Shown here piece by piece: positions 24,347 through 35,488 of a stretch of DNA of 64,000 nt. The stretch is from Psammoneis japonica (Eukaryota). Below the pieces are notes generated by a model. It made no database searches. It was not told the DNA's origin and saw nothing but the letters and a program-made list of their open reading frames with translations. The stretch's first letter is position 1. The number at the start of each line of letters is the position of its first letter. The DNA lies in contig QPGO01000022.1 of assembly GCA_008632985.1 (NCBI GenBank), forward strand, positions 682,001-746,000, written 5' to 3'. The translations under genes and the position numbers were made by a program.

Positions 24347-27300
24347 TTACCGCATTTTTACGGTTGGGGTCGCCAAATGGTTGTGCAGTGGTTGACATCC
24401 CAATCTAATGTTTGCACACTGCATTGACATTTCTGCGCACTGTTGCTGAGAAAAATGCGTGGCGCTTCTCTCCTTCATGAGTCTTGTCAAGGCTTCGCAG
24501 CCTTCTGGGACCTTGCATTTCCGGAGGTCCTTGCTCAGTGGCTTTCGCATGAACAGCCCTTCTCTGGTCTTTACTCTGGAGAGCACAACATGCACCCAAT
24601 TCTGAGTGTAGCTCCAAGAGTGTACAAACAACTGCGGGACTCCACTCCCTTGCAGTTTGTGCCCTGCAGTGGCGTTGTTGATGACAAACGGCAGCTGGGT
24701 TGCCTTCAGTTGGAAAGTGTGCCTTTGTTTGTCGCCTTCTTCTAAAATTAGGCTGGGCTTGGCAATGCAAGCCCTGAAAGCATTTGTTTTTGGCTCAACT
24801 AAAAACTTCGCGGGGTCGATGCTTTTGTTGCAGTGTTCCAATGCAACGTGGTCTACCTGGCTAGCAAGTGCAGCAGGAATGCTGATGTTGTTGTCTAGAG
24901 TTGCCAGTCTTGGTTCCTGTCCTGGTTTGAGAACGACCTTGTCAACAGTGGCTTGCGTTCCGTTTGCTTGACCGTTTGCTGCATTTTTGTTGAAAGGTGT
25001 CATGACTCTGCATCCTCTGTAAATTCGTAAGACTGGATCCATTCTTCCTGACTGCATGACAACGTCTCCTTCACCACAGTTGTTCCAGAAGCTGTTGTGA
25101 ACCGGAAATGGTTGGTAGAGTCTCGTGCCATTCTGCACCTGCAAGTCGTCACTGAAAATCAACATTGAGTCAAGCACGTCTCCATCTCTTCCATGCAGTG
25201 TTTCTGCTCTTTTTTTGAATGGGCCAGTGTCAATTGCATCTCTGTCCTCATTTGCGCACGCAGCACAGCGGAGGTCACTGGGCAGATCATCTTCGTTCTG
25301 AACTGCTCGTTCGTTGATGCACTCTGTGTCGTCAACTGCAATCTTGCCAGTGCGGAATCTCTCAAGCAGTTTTCCCCATGATGGATCGTCTTTAAGCCTG
25401 TGTACACCATGAAGTTCTATGTGGCAGTTGATCCACTCGTGAAACTCGGGACACACATCTTTGTGCAGTGGTTTCACTCCTTTTCTGACTGGTTCTAGTT
25501 GCCTGAGGTCAGCTGCAAAAACAATGTTCACACCACCGCACGGCTTGCTTAATTCGCCCTTCAATGCCGTTAAATTCTCATGGAGTTTTTCTAGTTCTCT
25601 CTTGCTTGCAAAAGAAATCTCGTCTACCACCAAAAGTCTCGTGTCTGACCATGCTTCAATTTGCTCTTTGGTCATTTGCTTTCTTCTCATGAGGCATGCA
25701 ACTCGGTGGATTGTGTCCCCTTTGAGAACAGTCGCAGCCACTCCGGTCAGTGCAGTTGTTCTGATTGTGCTTGTTGTGAACGGCTGCTCAATGAGCGAGC
25801 AGCACTCTCTTCCACATTCCACGACGAGGTCCATTGTGGTTGATTTGCCACTTCCACCTGCACCATGTAAAAAACACACAAGTTGCAATGTTCTGCGTCT
25901 TTGCACTTCCACGAGTTTCTTCAATCGGCGAAGGTTTGTTGCGAATTCGTGTCTGCCATTTCTCCTGTTGAGTCCATTGCGTGACGTCTCGTCTTGAAGA
26001 GCGTCTTGGCAGCAAGTGAGCACAAAGGTTCCTGCTAGAATTTCAAAGGCACGCTGCTGTTGCCTGTCCAGTCTTGCTTTCCTAGCCCAGTCTACGATGC
26101 TTGCTGCAGATCCGTTTGCTTGACGCACATCGACGTGTTCTTCCAAACCTGTCACATCCTCAAACGACCTTCTTGTTCTTTGCGTTCTAGTCAGCATCAC
26201 TCGAACAATGTCGTCTCTTGACAGTGGTCTGCTGTGGATGTGTTGTTGCACTCCTTCATTCTGGTCTTCGTCATCGGTGTCATCGCCGCCCTCTAGATTC
26301 TCAAAAAGTTGTCGTTCATTGACCTGGCTTTCCTCGTTTGGTGGGTCAGTGTGCATGTCTGCCAAGCATTTGCAACCACCCATGTGCAAACCTTTCTGTC
26401 TTGCACGTTTGCCGCTCAAATGCGCAGGAACAACTGCTTGGTCGCTCAACCCAATGTCATCGTCTTCTGTCTGCTCTGCCATTTCTTCCAAGAGTGCATC
26501 CAGCAGTTGACCTTGAACGGCGCCTGAAAGACCTTCTTCCTCGTCACTTTCGCAACAGTCAAACGCAACGTCAGCAGGTTTAAATTGCTCCGTCTTTCTT
26601 TGCAGATCGTCAGATGTACTTTTGAGACGAAGGCAGTTGGACTTAGCATCCTGCAGGTTCTGCAAGAAGTTCAAATCTTCCTCTGCAACAACACCGGCTG
26701 CTGCGGAGAGTTGGAATTCACGCAGACATGCATGGGTCATTGGTTTGAGTTCCGTCATTGTTCTGCAAGGCTCAAACAAGGCCAATGCCAACTTGCAGCA
26801 CAATTCTTTGTCTGGTGTTGTCGGTTGCTGCGGATCCATGAGGCAACTGCCAAACTTGGCTGCATCGGGAAAATCATGCTGAAGTGCTTTTGACAATCGC
26901 GGTTGCTGTCGCTGTTTGACACCTTGAAGAAACTTGTTCTTCGTTGAATTGCAAGATGGGTGCCTGTGCGCTCTGTTGTCGAACATCATCATGCCGTGTT
27001 CATTTTTCCTTGTGTTGCGAAGAACTTCGCACTCACTGAAAAACGCAAACGGACTGAGATTCTCCAGTGCTGTTGGACGACATGGGCAGTGCAAGGCCTG
27101 GCATTGGAAGAACGGTGTGTCGCCAAAATGGGCTACAGTCGCAGACACTTCGTCTCTTTCCAGTGTGCTGACAATGTCTTTCAAAGGGCACCATGCGGTC
27201 AAATGAGATTCGATGAAACGGCTTCCGTTCCTTGTTGTGTAAGACGCAAGTGGTGGTCCAATGACGTTCGTCTTGTCATGCGAGCAAGCACCCCACATGA

Positions 27301-30065
27301 GACGTCTGATTGCTTCCGATGCATCAGATGTGTGTTTCCGTAATTCCGTCGCTGTCCTGTTCGTAGTGTGAAGCACTTCGTCGTACGATGCAGTGTCATC
27401 TTTCTGGGTGTCTTTTAGGATGTGCTTGATCGTGCATTGAGCAGACGGTCCAGGCATCAATGAAGCAATGTTTGTGTTGCATGTCAGTTTTGATCTGCTT
27501 GTTGCAGGGCACGACACGTTTTGAAAAGCATCGCACTTTCTCCTCTTCGGAACAACTTCCTTCACGTGCCAATGCGCAAAAGTTCCATCCCAGCTGAACC
27601 ACTTCATCTGAGTGTCATCTGCATTCCTTGCCAAATTGTTTGGACACGAAGCAGCTGGTTGCCTGTGACGGCAGTCACCTGTCTGAGCTCCTCTCGTTTC
27701 CTTTTCCTTGACTGCGTGTCCAGTTCCTCGTGTGGGGTTTTTTTACGCATTTTACGCAACTCTGCGCATTTGGGAAAACACGACTTCGTAATGTGCATGT
27801 GATGGTTGTAAGCTGCGTCCAGCATGCATGCCTCTGTTGTCCCTTGCGGACCACTTCGCTGGCATTGCACACACATTGCTTTTAGTCGCTTTGCATGGTT
27901 GTCTGGACAGTGAGTCAGGCCAGGCACACGGTGCCGTGACTGTAAAAAGCTTTCTACAAACTCGACATTTGTCCAGTGCTTGGCGCAGTGACGACAATGA
28001 GCAAACATTCCGTTCTTCGACTGCTGGCCGTCTCCATGCCTCAGGTTTCTTGGCTGTTGGTTGTCCACTGCTTTTGGAGAGGTGCGACCATTTTTGGTGC
28101 TGTGCAGTCATGATCGAATGCTTCACGCAACGCGTTAGTGCTGAAGTCCTCGCTGCAGATTAATTCCGTGCTGCAGATCTTCTGAACTGTGTTGGCAAGG
28201 TGCTCAGCACCTTCGCATCGGATTTGTCTTGTTGGCGAATGCAGTTTCTCTCTTGCATTGTTGATGATGCGAACCAGATCTGCATGTGTCCGTGCACTGT
28301 CAGACGTCCCTGCTCCTCAACTGCGGCTAAAAATGTGGCTGGCCTGTCAATGTAGAAGTTAAAGTTTTCTCTTGGTTGGTTGGCACTCAGATCCCAACCC
28401 ACTGCCTCTTCCATTGCAATGTCAAACAAGCACTCGAATACAAAGGCTGTTAGACCGGGAAACTTTAGACGCAGTTCATTACGTTGCTCAGCCCTGCCAG
28501 CAAGAATTTCATCCGTCAGTTGTGTCACGTCTTCGTTTGGGTCCAGGATGACACCCGAGTGCAGTTGTGCAAGAAACGAATTTGCATCGTCCGGACTGAC
28601 GGTTAAGAAAATGCCACCCTGACCAAAATGATGCTGACAAGTTTCGGCCTTTCTCCTCATTTTCTTTGCTGCTTCGTTGCTGTGTGGCAGAGACGCAGAT
28701 GCAACGTCGAGTGCACGCAAAAAGTGGTGCCCGAGTCCACAATTTCTTCTCTCGCCCAAGTTGCGATCACAAACAGCTCCATCCACATCGTCCACTGTCA
28801 GTTCGTTTGCAAACTGTGCAGCCTGATTCTTGTCCCTGACTTTCCACCCTGCGCTCTGCAGCATCCTTTGCTTCATTGTCAAGTTGTGGCATGTTAAAAC
28901 GAAGAGCTGCTCGTGGAAGTGAGGCTGGGAAATCCGTGCTGAGTGGTCGGCACAGTGTGCAAGGTTGGTGCCATCTGCAAGACTTCCGTCTTTCTTCATT
29001 CTCGTCTCATTGATTCCTCCTCTGCCAAAAGGAAACTGCAGCAGACACGCGCCAATGAAGTTGTTGCCTTTGAAATCACTCGCAGATTCTTTAGACAACT
29101 GTGCTTGCACCTCTAAATCAAATCCGTTGGCAGTGGCTTCATGCACAAGATCTTTGAAGCAGTCCAGGTTGCGCTGACCACCGGTCGCAGGAGACATGGT
29201 TCCATCAGGAAAGCAAATGTGAAATGACTCTGAGGTCTCAATGTTGCATTTTCTCCTTCTTCTTCGCTGGTGCTGTCGCCAAGTGCGGGATTCCGCAGAT
29301 TGCGCCCAACTTCGTCTAGATTTGTCTGTTGGCACACCCACTCTTGGTCATGGCACAACAGCCATTCCATCGCCCTCAGCATGCAGTGCGTCCAATTCTG
29401 TTCTTTGAACGCGCAAGTTGTCTTTGCTCCGGAGTCATCTTTCCAGTCATCAGTGCAATCACATTCTGATGTAAATTCAGTGCGTCGAAGTGCACAACAG
29501 TTCTTACGATGCTTTGCATCTTGACTTTGTAGCGTGTCAGACTTCCCTGAAGCTTCTTCTGTTTGCCGCCAAGGCAACTGAAGCAGCATCCGCATGTTTT
29601 CACTGGTGTGAGCATTGCCAATTCTGCTTTGGTTAGAGACAACAGTTCATGCGGCGGGGTGCCGAAACAGCAGTTGTTCGCCATCGCGTACATTGGCATG
29701 ACGGCTCTTCCCAGGCTTCTCCGGCATTCGCTGCAGCAAGTGAATCCGTCGGCGCGTCGTCTGTCTTCCTGTGCTGCGTGTTGGGCGCGGGGAGAAAGCA
29801 GCAGGTCTTTGATCCAATCAGCATCTTCATGCTCTACAGTGCAGCAGGACTTGAGACGATCAGATGCGCTGTTCCAGTCTGAAGGAGTGAGTGAGTTTCT
29901 TGCTGATTCCAATGTTTTGAGCGGCAAGTGACACACTTCTCCAGGTTTCAGCAGAACGTCACAGACTGAACATGCGTGTGGTCTAAATTCTCCATCTCCA
30001 TGTAGACAAAGCATCTCAAACTTTCCATTGATTGCGTTGCAAACACAGGAGTTGACCTCGTCCAT
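24347..30065 (-). pseudogene. Helitron Rep-helicase (DUF6570-like region + HUH Rep + PIF1 helicase), frameshifted and hypermutated
   Basis: C..C...MPMYAMANN..FG.PP.EL..LT.AE; QFPFGRGG; FLTVSPDD; VEEQGRLTVHGH (HUH); QCTIKH at the YxxKY position; GAGGSGKS (Walker A), VVDEISF, FAADLRQLEPV, ATAGHKLQG, HVVLSRVKT. Confidence 0.9.
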
Positions 30066-30149
30066 TTTAATTTAAGCTGACACTTCAACTCAACAGATTT
30101 CAAGAAGTTGCTCAGCAAAAACAGTTGTTTTTTCAGTGGGATCACCGTG

Positions 30150-30790
30150 AAGCTGCGATCGGTGCCATCCAATCACCACAGCGATGTGTGTTTTGTCACC
30201 ACCTGCGGCACTGTGACTGGTGTCGTCCAGTCACCGCAGTTGTTCTGTCCAGTTGATCAACGAACCGCGTCGGTGCCACCCGTTCACCGCAGCGCTGTGT
30301 CATCTTCTCACAACCTGTGCAATCAGGTCGCTGTGAGCAGTCACCGCAGCCGAGTCAATCAGTTGCTTGACGAACTGCGTCGGTGCTGTCCGATCACTCC
30401 AGTGTTGTGTCGTGTTCTCACAACCTGTGCGATCAGGTCTCTGTGAGAGCTGCGACTGGTGTCATCCAGTCACCGCAGCTGAGCTTGTGCGTTGTCTCAC
30501 AACCTGCGTTACGAGGTGCAGTGCTGTGTTGTTTGCTCACAACCTGTGCAATCAGGTCGCTGTGAGAGCTGCGACTGGTGTCGTCCAGTCACCGCAGCCA
30601 AGTGAATCAGTTGCTTGACGAACTGCGTCGGTGCTGTCCGATCACCGCAGCGTTGTGTCGTGTTCTCACAACCTGTGCGATCAGGTCTCTGTGAGAGCTG
30701 CGACTGGTGTCGTCCAGTCACCGCAGCTGAGCTTGTGCGTCATCTCACAACCTGCGTTGCCAGGTCACTGTGAGAACTGAGAACTGCGAT
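30150..30790. repeat. Composite tandem repeat array upstream of (or within the N-terminus of) Rep-helicase
   Basis: Recurrent cacaacctgtgc(g/a)atcaggtc.ctgtgagagctgcgactggtgtcgtccagtcaccgcag and aatcagttgcttgacgaactgcgtcggtgctgtccgatca blocks. Confidence 0.85.
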
Positions 30791-30975
30791 CGGTGTGGCC
30801 CAATCACCGTAGTTGGATGCTTTTTGTTTCCCTTTGCGCAAAGGTTCTGTCACAAAAAAGTGAGACGAAAGTGTGCCTCTTTCACCTTGACGGAAGAGTG
30901 ACGTGTGCGTTCCTCCCACGTCCTTCTTCGCACCAGACGTGCGACATCCTGCTGGGTTTCGTCGATGTTGAACAT

Positions 30976-31077
30976 CCCATGGGACAAGATTTGGATCTTG
31001 TTCAAGTTGTTTCGACCATCTGCTCTGAACGTTCCATGGGGCAAGATTCGGATCTTGTTCAAGTTGTTTCGGCAATC
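30976..31077. repeat. 2 x 57-bp direct repeat (KQLEQDPNL.PW on the minus strand)
   Basis: ccatgg..caagatt.ggatcttgttcaagttgtttcg occurs twice, 57 bp apart. Confidence 0.8.
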
Positions 31078-31505
31078 TTGGTGGTGGGCGCAGCTTTGCG
31101 CAAATTCCGTAGAATCACGTTTCAACAAGTGGCGGGGCAGTTGAGTTAGTCGTGTGGGCAATGACAATGCGATTGACGTCATTCGTGTTTCCAAAGTGCG
31201 CGCAAATCCTCCAAATGGGTGATGGGCCCACCTAGCTACGCGGCAGTAAGGCTGAAATGCACACGAAGCACGGACGGAATTGCACGTGATGCCGCATTTT
31301 CAGCAAACTTGGTGCGACTTTGCGTGCTCCGATCCTAGCACCTGTTTTGTTCAAATTGAATCCATGCACCACTTGCAAGTGCTGACACCTGGAAGGTTGC
31401 CTTGTTGCAGTTCGACGTGTTTGGATCTAATTGCTGATGTTGCCAGTTCTCCTTGGTATGATGTGCGCAGCTCTGCTGGGTCTTTCTTGGCACTTCTGGA
31501 CGATC

Positions 31506-31569
31506 GCACTTTTTGTTCCCACAATTTCTCTCCGACTGCACTTTTTGTTCCCACAATTTCTCTCCGACT
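31506..31569 (+). repeat. Perfect 2 x 32-bp tandem repeat just before a cargo ATG
   Basis: gcactttttgttcccacaatttctctccgact twice. Confidence 0.9.
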
Positions 31570-31575
31570 GATTCG

Positions 31576-32447
31576 ATGGCACGCAAAAGAAACACAACGA
31601 CCTCCCCGGCTGCGAAAGCCAAAGTCGCCGAAACCAAACATAAGAAGGCAAAGACGAAGTTTTCTGATGCTCTGTTGAAGAAACTAAGTCCGCCCCGCAA
31701 GACCAACGGCTTGACCGACGACGACCTTAAACCGGAAGACCACCTTGCCAAGCACGGGTTCAAGCTTTCCAAATCCGCTGGTTCTGACGATGGCAGCCAT
31801 TCCGATGAGGACGCCCTGCTGCGCTGCGCCACCGTCACTGTCGGCCGCAAGAAAGGCGTCGTTTTTCGTCTTCAAGCCAAGAATCCCCTTTCAACCAATG
31901 TTTGGTCGGAGAAGGTTCTGTTTGATGACCTTCGCAGCAGGACTCCGTGGGCGGTTCAAGTCGGATTCCACCCTTACGCTGGCAGGTGGGTTCACGAAGG
32001 CGAGTTGCAGACGAACGCCAAGAACTGCGCCGTGCGTCTCTTCTTCATCTTCCTCGAAGAAGTCCCAACGAAGCTAAAGTGCACGGCCTCGGGAAGTGCA
32101 TTGCGAAGCAGCTCAACGATGACCCTGAGAACAACACCGAGGTCTTCGTTGACGACGACTTCTTCTGGATGAAGGATGCTGTTTGGTCCGAAGTGATCAG
32201 CAACGAGGCGGCGATTGCCGAGCTTCAGAAGGAAGGTGGTCAGTTTCACATCGGTTGGTGTGCCCAAAACAAGAACTTGCTTCACAGTTGCTTCTACGAG
32301 GGGTCGTTGCCTGTGGAACTCTGTCGTCTCATTGGAGCTCCGGCAGAAGAAGCTGGAGAAGAGGCCGACGATGATGTCGAGCTCAACTGCGAAGTTGACC
32401 TGAACGTCGATGACGACTTGGTGCTTCAGGACAGCGACGAAGACTGA
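31576..32447 (+). CDS. Element-borne unknown protein (basic N-terminus, acidic C-terminus), one frameshift
   Basis: MARKRN... in ORF 31513..32172 continues into ORF 31947..32447 if one C is added at gaagtcccaac (~32066); strongly codon-like third-position C/G. Confidence 0.6.
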
Positions 32448-32668
32448 GTTTTTTTTTTTTTGCCGGTGTTGTGTAAATTTGCACATGTTTGGAGAACTAA
32501 GTGTCGATTACAACTCAGCTTTCCTCTGTCTCTTCAAGTGTGCACCATCTCCGACGATAACTTTACGTTACCGCGAAGCGATGGCGAATTGAGTGGAGTA
32601 ACTAGCGTGTCACGTCTAGTGCAGTGACAGTAAAAAAACAGTCCAGTTGAGTTCTCAAGTAAAATTGG

Positions 32669-33520
32669 TTATTTCGCGACGGGCAAACACTTCCGTTCCA
32701 AGTGTGTCGGAGTGGGACGTCGCATGTGCTGGCTGGTTGACTGAGAAGTCTCCTCTTTCTTGGTGTGCTTGTGGAAGACGAGATGTTTCACGTCTCCGCT
32801 GTGCCACAAAAAGTCGCCATCATGGTAATCCGCCGTGAACGACTCGTACATCCACTCTTCCGCGTACGACGCGAACAGCGGATCTAGCGCCACCATCACG
32901 GTCCCAGCACGACACAACTTCGAAAGCATCGCCTCTGCCTTCTGCTGTGTGTTCTTGTCGTCGACCATGCGGGAGTTGCAGTTGTTGAAGAACACCTTGA
33001 GCCCTTTCTTTTTCCACAAAGGAGCCAGCCCCTTGTCCAAGAATGACTTGTTGATCAACTCTAACCCACCGTTCGAGCGAAGGCCAGCACGATGAGCCCA
33101 ACGTGCAGCCTCTTGGTGACGATCGTGGTCGGCCTCGATGCTCACCACGGTGCAACGGCGACGAAGTAACTTGAGCCCGATGCTGGGTCCGGCAACTCCC
33201 CCGCCCATGTCGACAGATGTGTCGCAGGTGTGATTCACGCCAAGAAGGCGTTCGTTCAAAAACACTTCGCTGCTCAAAGCGAAGCCAACTTCGCCGCCGT
33301 GCGAAGATCCGCTTCCGTCTCCGGAGACACGCCTGCTCTGGAACGCGGAGTCCGGAGCCGTTTGATGACAAAACTCCCCAACACTTCTGTGACGATGGTT
33401 CATCGTATCCAACCTTGTGGCAACATCAACCTTGCTTGCAGCGGGTTCGACCAGACGTCGCGTTTCCAAACCAAACTGTGACGTGCGCAGAATGCGTAAA
33501 ATTGCCGTCGCGCCCTCCAT
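32669..33520 (-). CDS. DOT1-like class I SAM-dependent methyltransferase (element cargo)
   Basis: Ordered motifs HGGE (cf. YGE), VDMGGGVA (motif I), VSIEAD, KSFLD (cf. GDFL), VFFNN (cf. IFVNN), AGTVMVALDPL, then W and FHKH (cf. YY). Confidence 0.6.
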   Translation of the reverse strand: MEGATAILRILRTSQFGLETRRLVEPAASKVDVATRLDTMNHRHRSVGEFCHQTAPDSAFQSRRVSGDGSGSSHGGEVGFALSSEVFLNERLLGVNHTCDTSVDMGGGVAGPSIGLKLLRRRCTVVSIEADHDRHQEAARWAHRAGLRSNGGLELINKSFLDKGLAPLWKKKGLKVFFNNCNSRMVDDKNTQQKAEAMLSKLCRAGTVMVALDPLFASYAEEWMYESFTADYHDGDFLWHSGDVKHLVFHKHTKKEETSQSTSQHMRRPTPTHLERKCLPVAK

Positions 33521-33837
33521 GCACGCGAAATTTTCAAACGCGGCGTGCCACCTCTACCTGCGCATGGAGCGACGCATGAAGTCATTTTAAACAGACATGT
33601 AGACGCGTTGAAATAATAAGACGCCTTCAGGCGGTAAAATTTGTTTTGAATCTCGACCTGCTTCTCATCGCTGCCGTACTTGCATGTCCGTGTAATTCAA
33701 ACGCACGAGCTGGCACGGCACGTGACGCACTTCTACGCGAGAACTCGCACTGAGATTGCCGTGGGATGATCCTCCCTCTGCGGAGACAACAACAACGCGA
33801 CAACACTTCCGTCATCACATTTTGAACACATTTCAAA

Positions 33838-35283
33838 TTGAGACACACCATGTCGCAACTACCTCGTGCCTCGCTGCGTCATCCTGCCAACGACAAGCAC
33901 TTGTCGCGATCGAGTTACAGCCGGTCTCGACAGTGTGGGGGTTTGGGACGTGCAGCTCGCAGCCCGACAACAAGCAAGTGCTTCTCGCGATTAGGTTTCG
34001 ACCCCACTCCCCTGGAGTCCGCCGGTCCCTGTCAACAGAGTTTTGCTTTGGGTGCTCTTGAGGCACCGGAAAGCAGACACATCTCTCGATTAGGTTTTGA
34101 CCCCACTCCCCTGGAGTCCGCCGGTCCCTGTCGACAGAGTTCTGCTTTGGGCACTGTTGAGACGACGGTGACAGTGTCAAGCAGCGGAACGTTTGCCGGT
34201 GAGTTCGCACACACGTTCTCTGTGAACACCGCATTGTCAATGCGCACCAGGATGTGCGAGCACGTGTCAAGGGCTCAACCGCCACTTCGCAAGGCCCACC
34301 GCAGCCGCAGGCGAATCCGCAGCCGCGCCAGCAGGAAAACATCCAAGATTGCTCGCCTCGTTCCACTCGCACCGTGCGCCACTGAGAGTCTCTCCATGCA
34401 CTGCGTGGCCAACCGCACTCCAGTTTGTGACGGCGACTACACTCAGCCTGCACCACCTTGTCTTGCTGACTTTGACTTTGCCGGATTGGCTCCTCTGGTC
34501 GTCTGTGACCCTGTGCTCGATCTGAAGCCTTTCTTTGGCTTGGACGGTTGCCGCTGCGACAACACCTGCACCCTGCTGCCACGTTCTGCTGTGGTGTTCA
34601 GCTCCCCCAACCCAGCAGAACTAGTTGCTCAGCACCGAGCGCTCGAAGCACTAGAATGCTGCACCGCCCAGTCCACCGTGCGCGGCAAACAACGTGTTGC
34701 CTTCATGGAGACTGACAGGAGCAAGCATTCCACGATTGGCCTGGCTGCCACGAGAGACGCTCGAATTTCTTGCAAGCAGCCTGGCACAGCCGACCAACAC
34801 ACTCACCACCTCACCAGACTTCTTTCACGCATGGAGCACCTTGTCAATGAGTGCGTGGACTGTGCCATCCTCAAGGGTGTCGCTTGTGTCAAAAAGTTTC
34901 ACAACTGGAAATCCCTGGTGCGGTCAGATGGCATTTTCTCCTCTCTGGCGGCTGGGCGCAATGTCTTCCTCAACGCCCATCGGGACGAGGACTTCTTCCT
35001 GTCAGTGGTCACCGTGGTGGGAGTCCCTCCGTCCGGCAGCCACACCATGAATGACGGGATTGTGGTGTGCTTCTGCTTCCCTGCCAAAGGCATCTCTGTT
35101 GCACTCCGTCTTGGTGATGTCATCATTTTTAACCCCACCAAGCACCACTGCATCTCCAGCAGGACAAACTCAAACGACGAGTTCTTCTGCGTGTCTCTCC
35201 ACCTGAAGAGTGCTGCAGTGGGCAAGAACAACAATTCAATCCCCCTTTCTCTAGAGGAAGAGACCATTCTCAGGCGACTGTGA
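33838..35283 (+). CDS. 2OG-Fe(II) dioxygenase, TET/JBP-like (element cargo)
   Basis: NAHRDED (HxD), FCFP..GI.VALRLGDVIIFNP.KHH (distal His), VSLHLK (cf. SLxY); in-frame 99-bp duplication at 33989/34088 in the N-terminal part. Confidence 0.65.
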   Translation: MRHTMSQLPRASLRHPANDKHLSRSSYSRSRQCGGLGRAARSPTTSKCFSRLGFDPTPLESAGPCQQSFALGALEAPESRHISRLGFDPTPLESAGPCRQSSALGTVETTVTVSSSGTFAGEFAHTFSVNTALSMRTRMCEHVSRAQPPLRKAHRSRRRIRSRASRKTSKIARLVPLAPCATESLSMHCVANRTPVCDGDYTQPAPPCLADFDFAGLAPLVVCDPVLDLKPFFGLDGCRCDNTCTLLPRSAVVFSSPNPAELVAQHRALEALECCTAQSTVRGKQRVAFMETDRSKHSTIGLAATRDARISCKQPGTADQHTHHLTRLLSRMEHLVNECVDCAILKGVACVKKFHNWKSLVRSDGIFSSLAAGRNVFLNAHRDEDFFLSVVTVVGVPPSGSHTMNDGIVVCFCFPAKGISVALRLGDVIIFNPTKHHCISSRTNSNDEFFCVSLHLKSAAVGKNNNSIPLSLEEETILRRL

Positions 35284-35488
35284 CAGTGCAAAATAACTTG
35301 CTAAATTTGTGTAAATTTGCTGACTTTCTGCACTCAGGCGACTGTGCAGGTGCCTGCTAATTTGCCAGATGTGCGCAAATTTACCGACTTTCTGTTCTTC
35401 CTCGTCCCCATTTTTCAAACCACAACTGGGGCTACGCCTTTCCAACTGATGCTGCAGTTTCGCTGAAAAACACCAACACACTGTGCCA

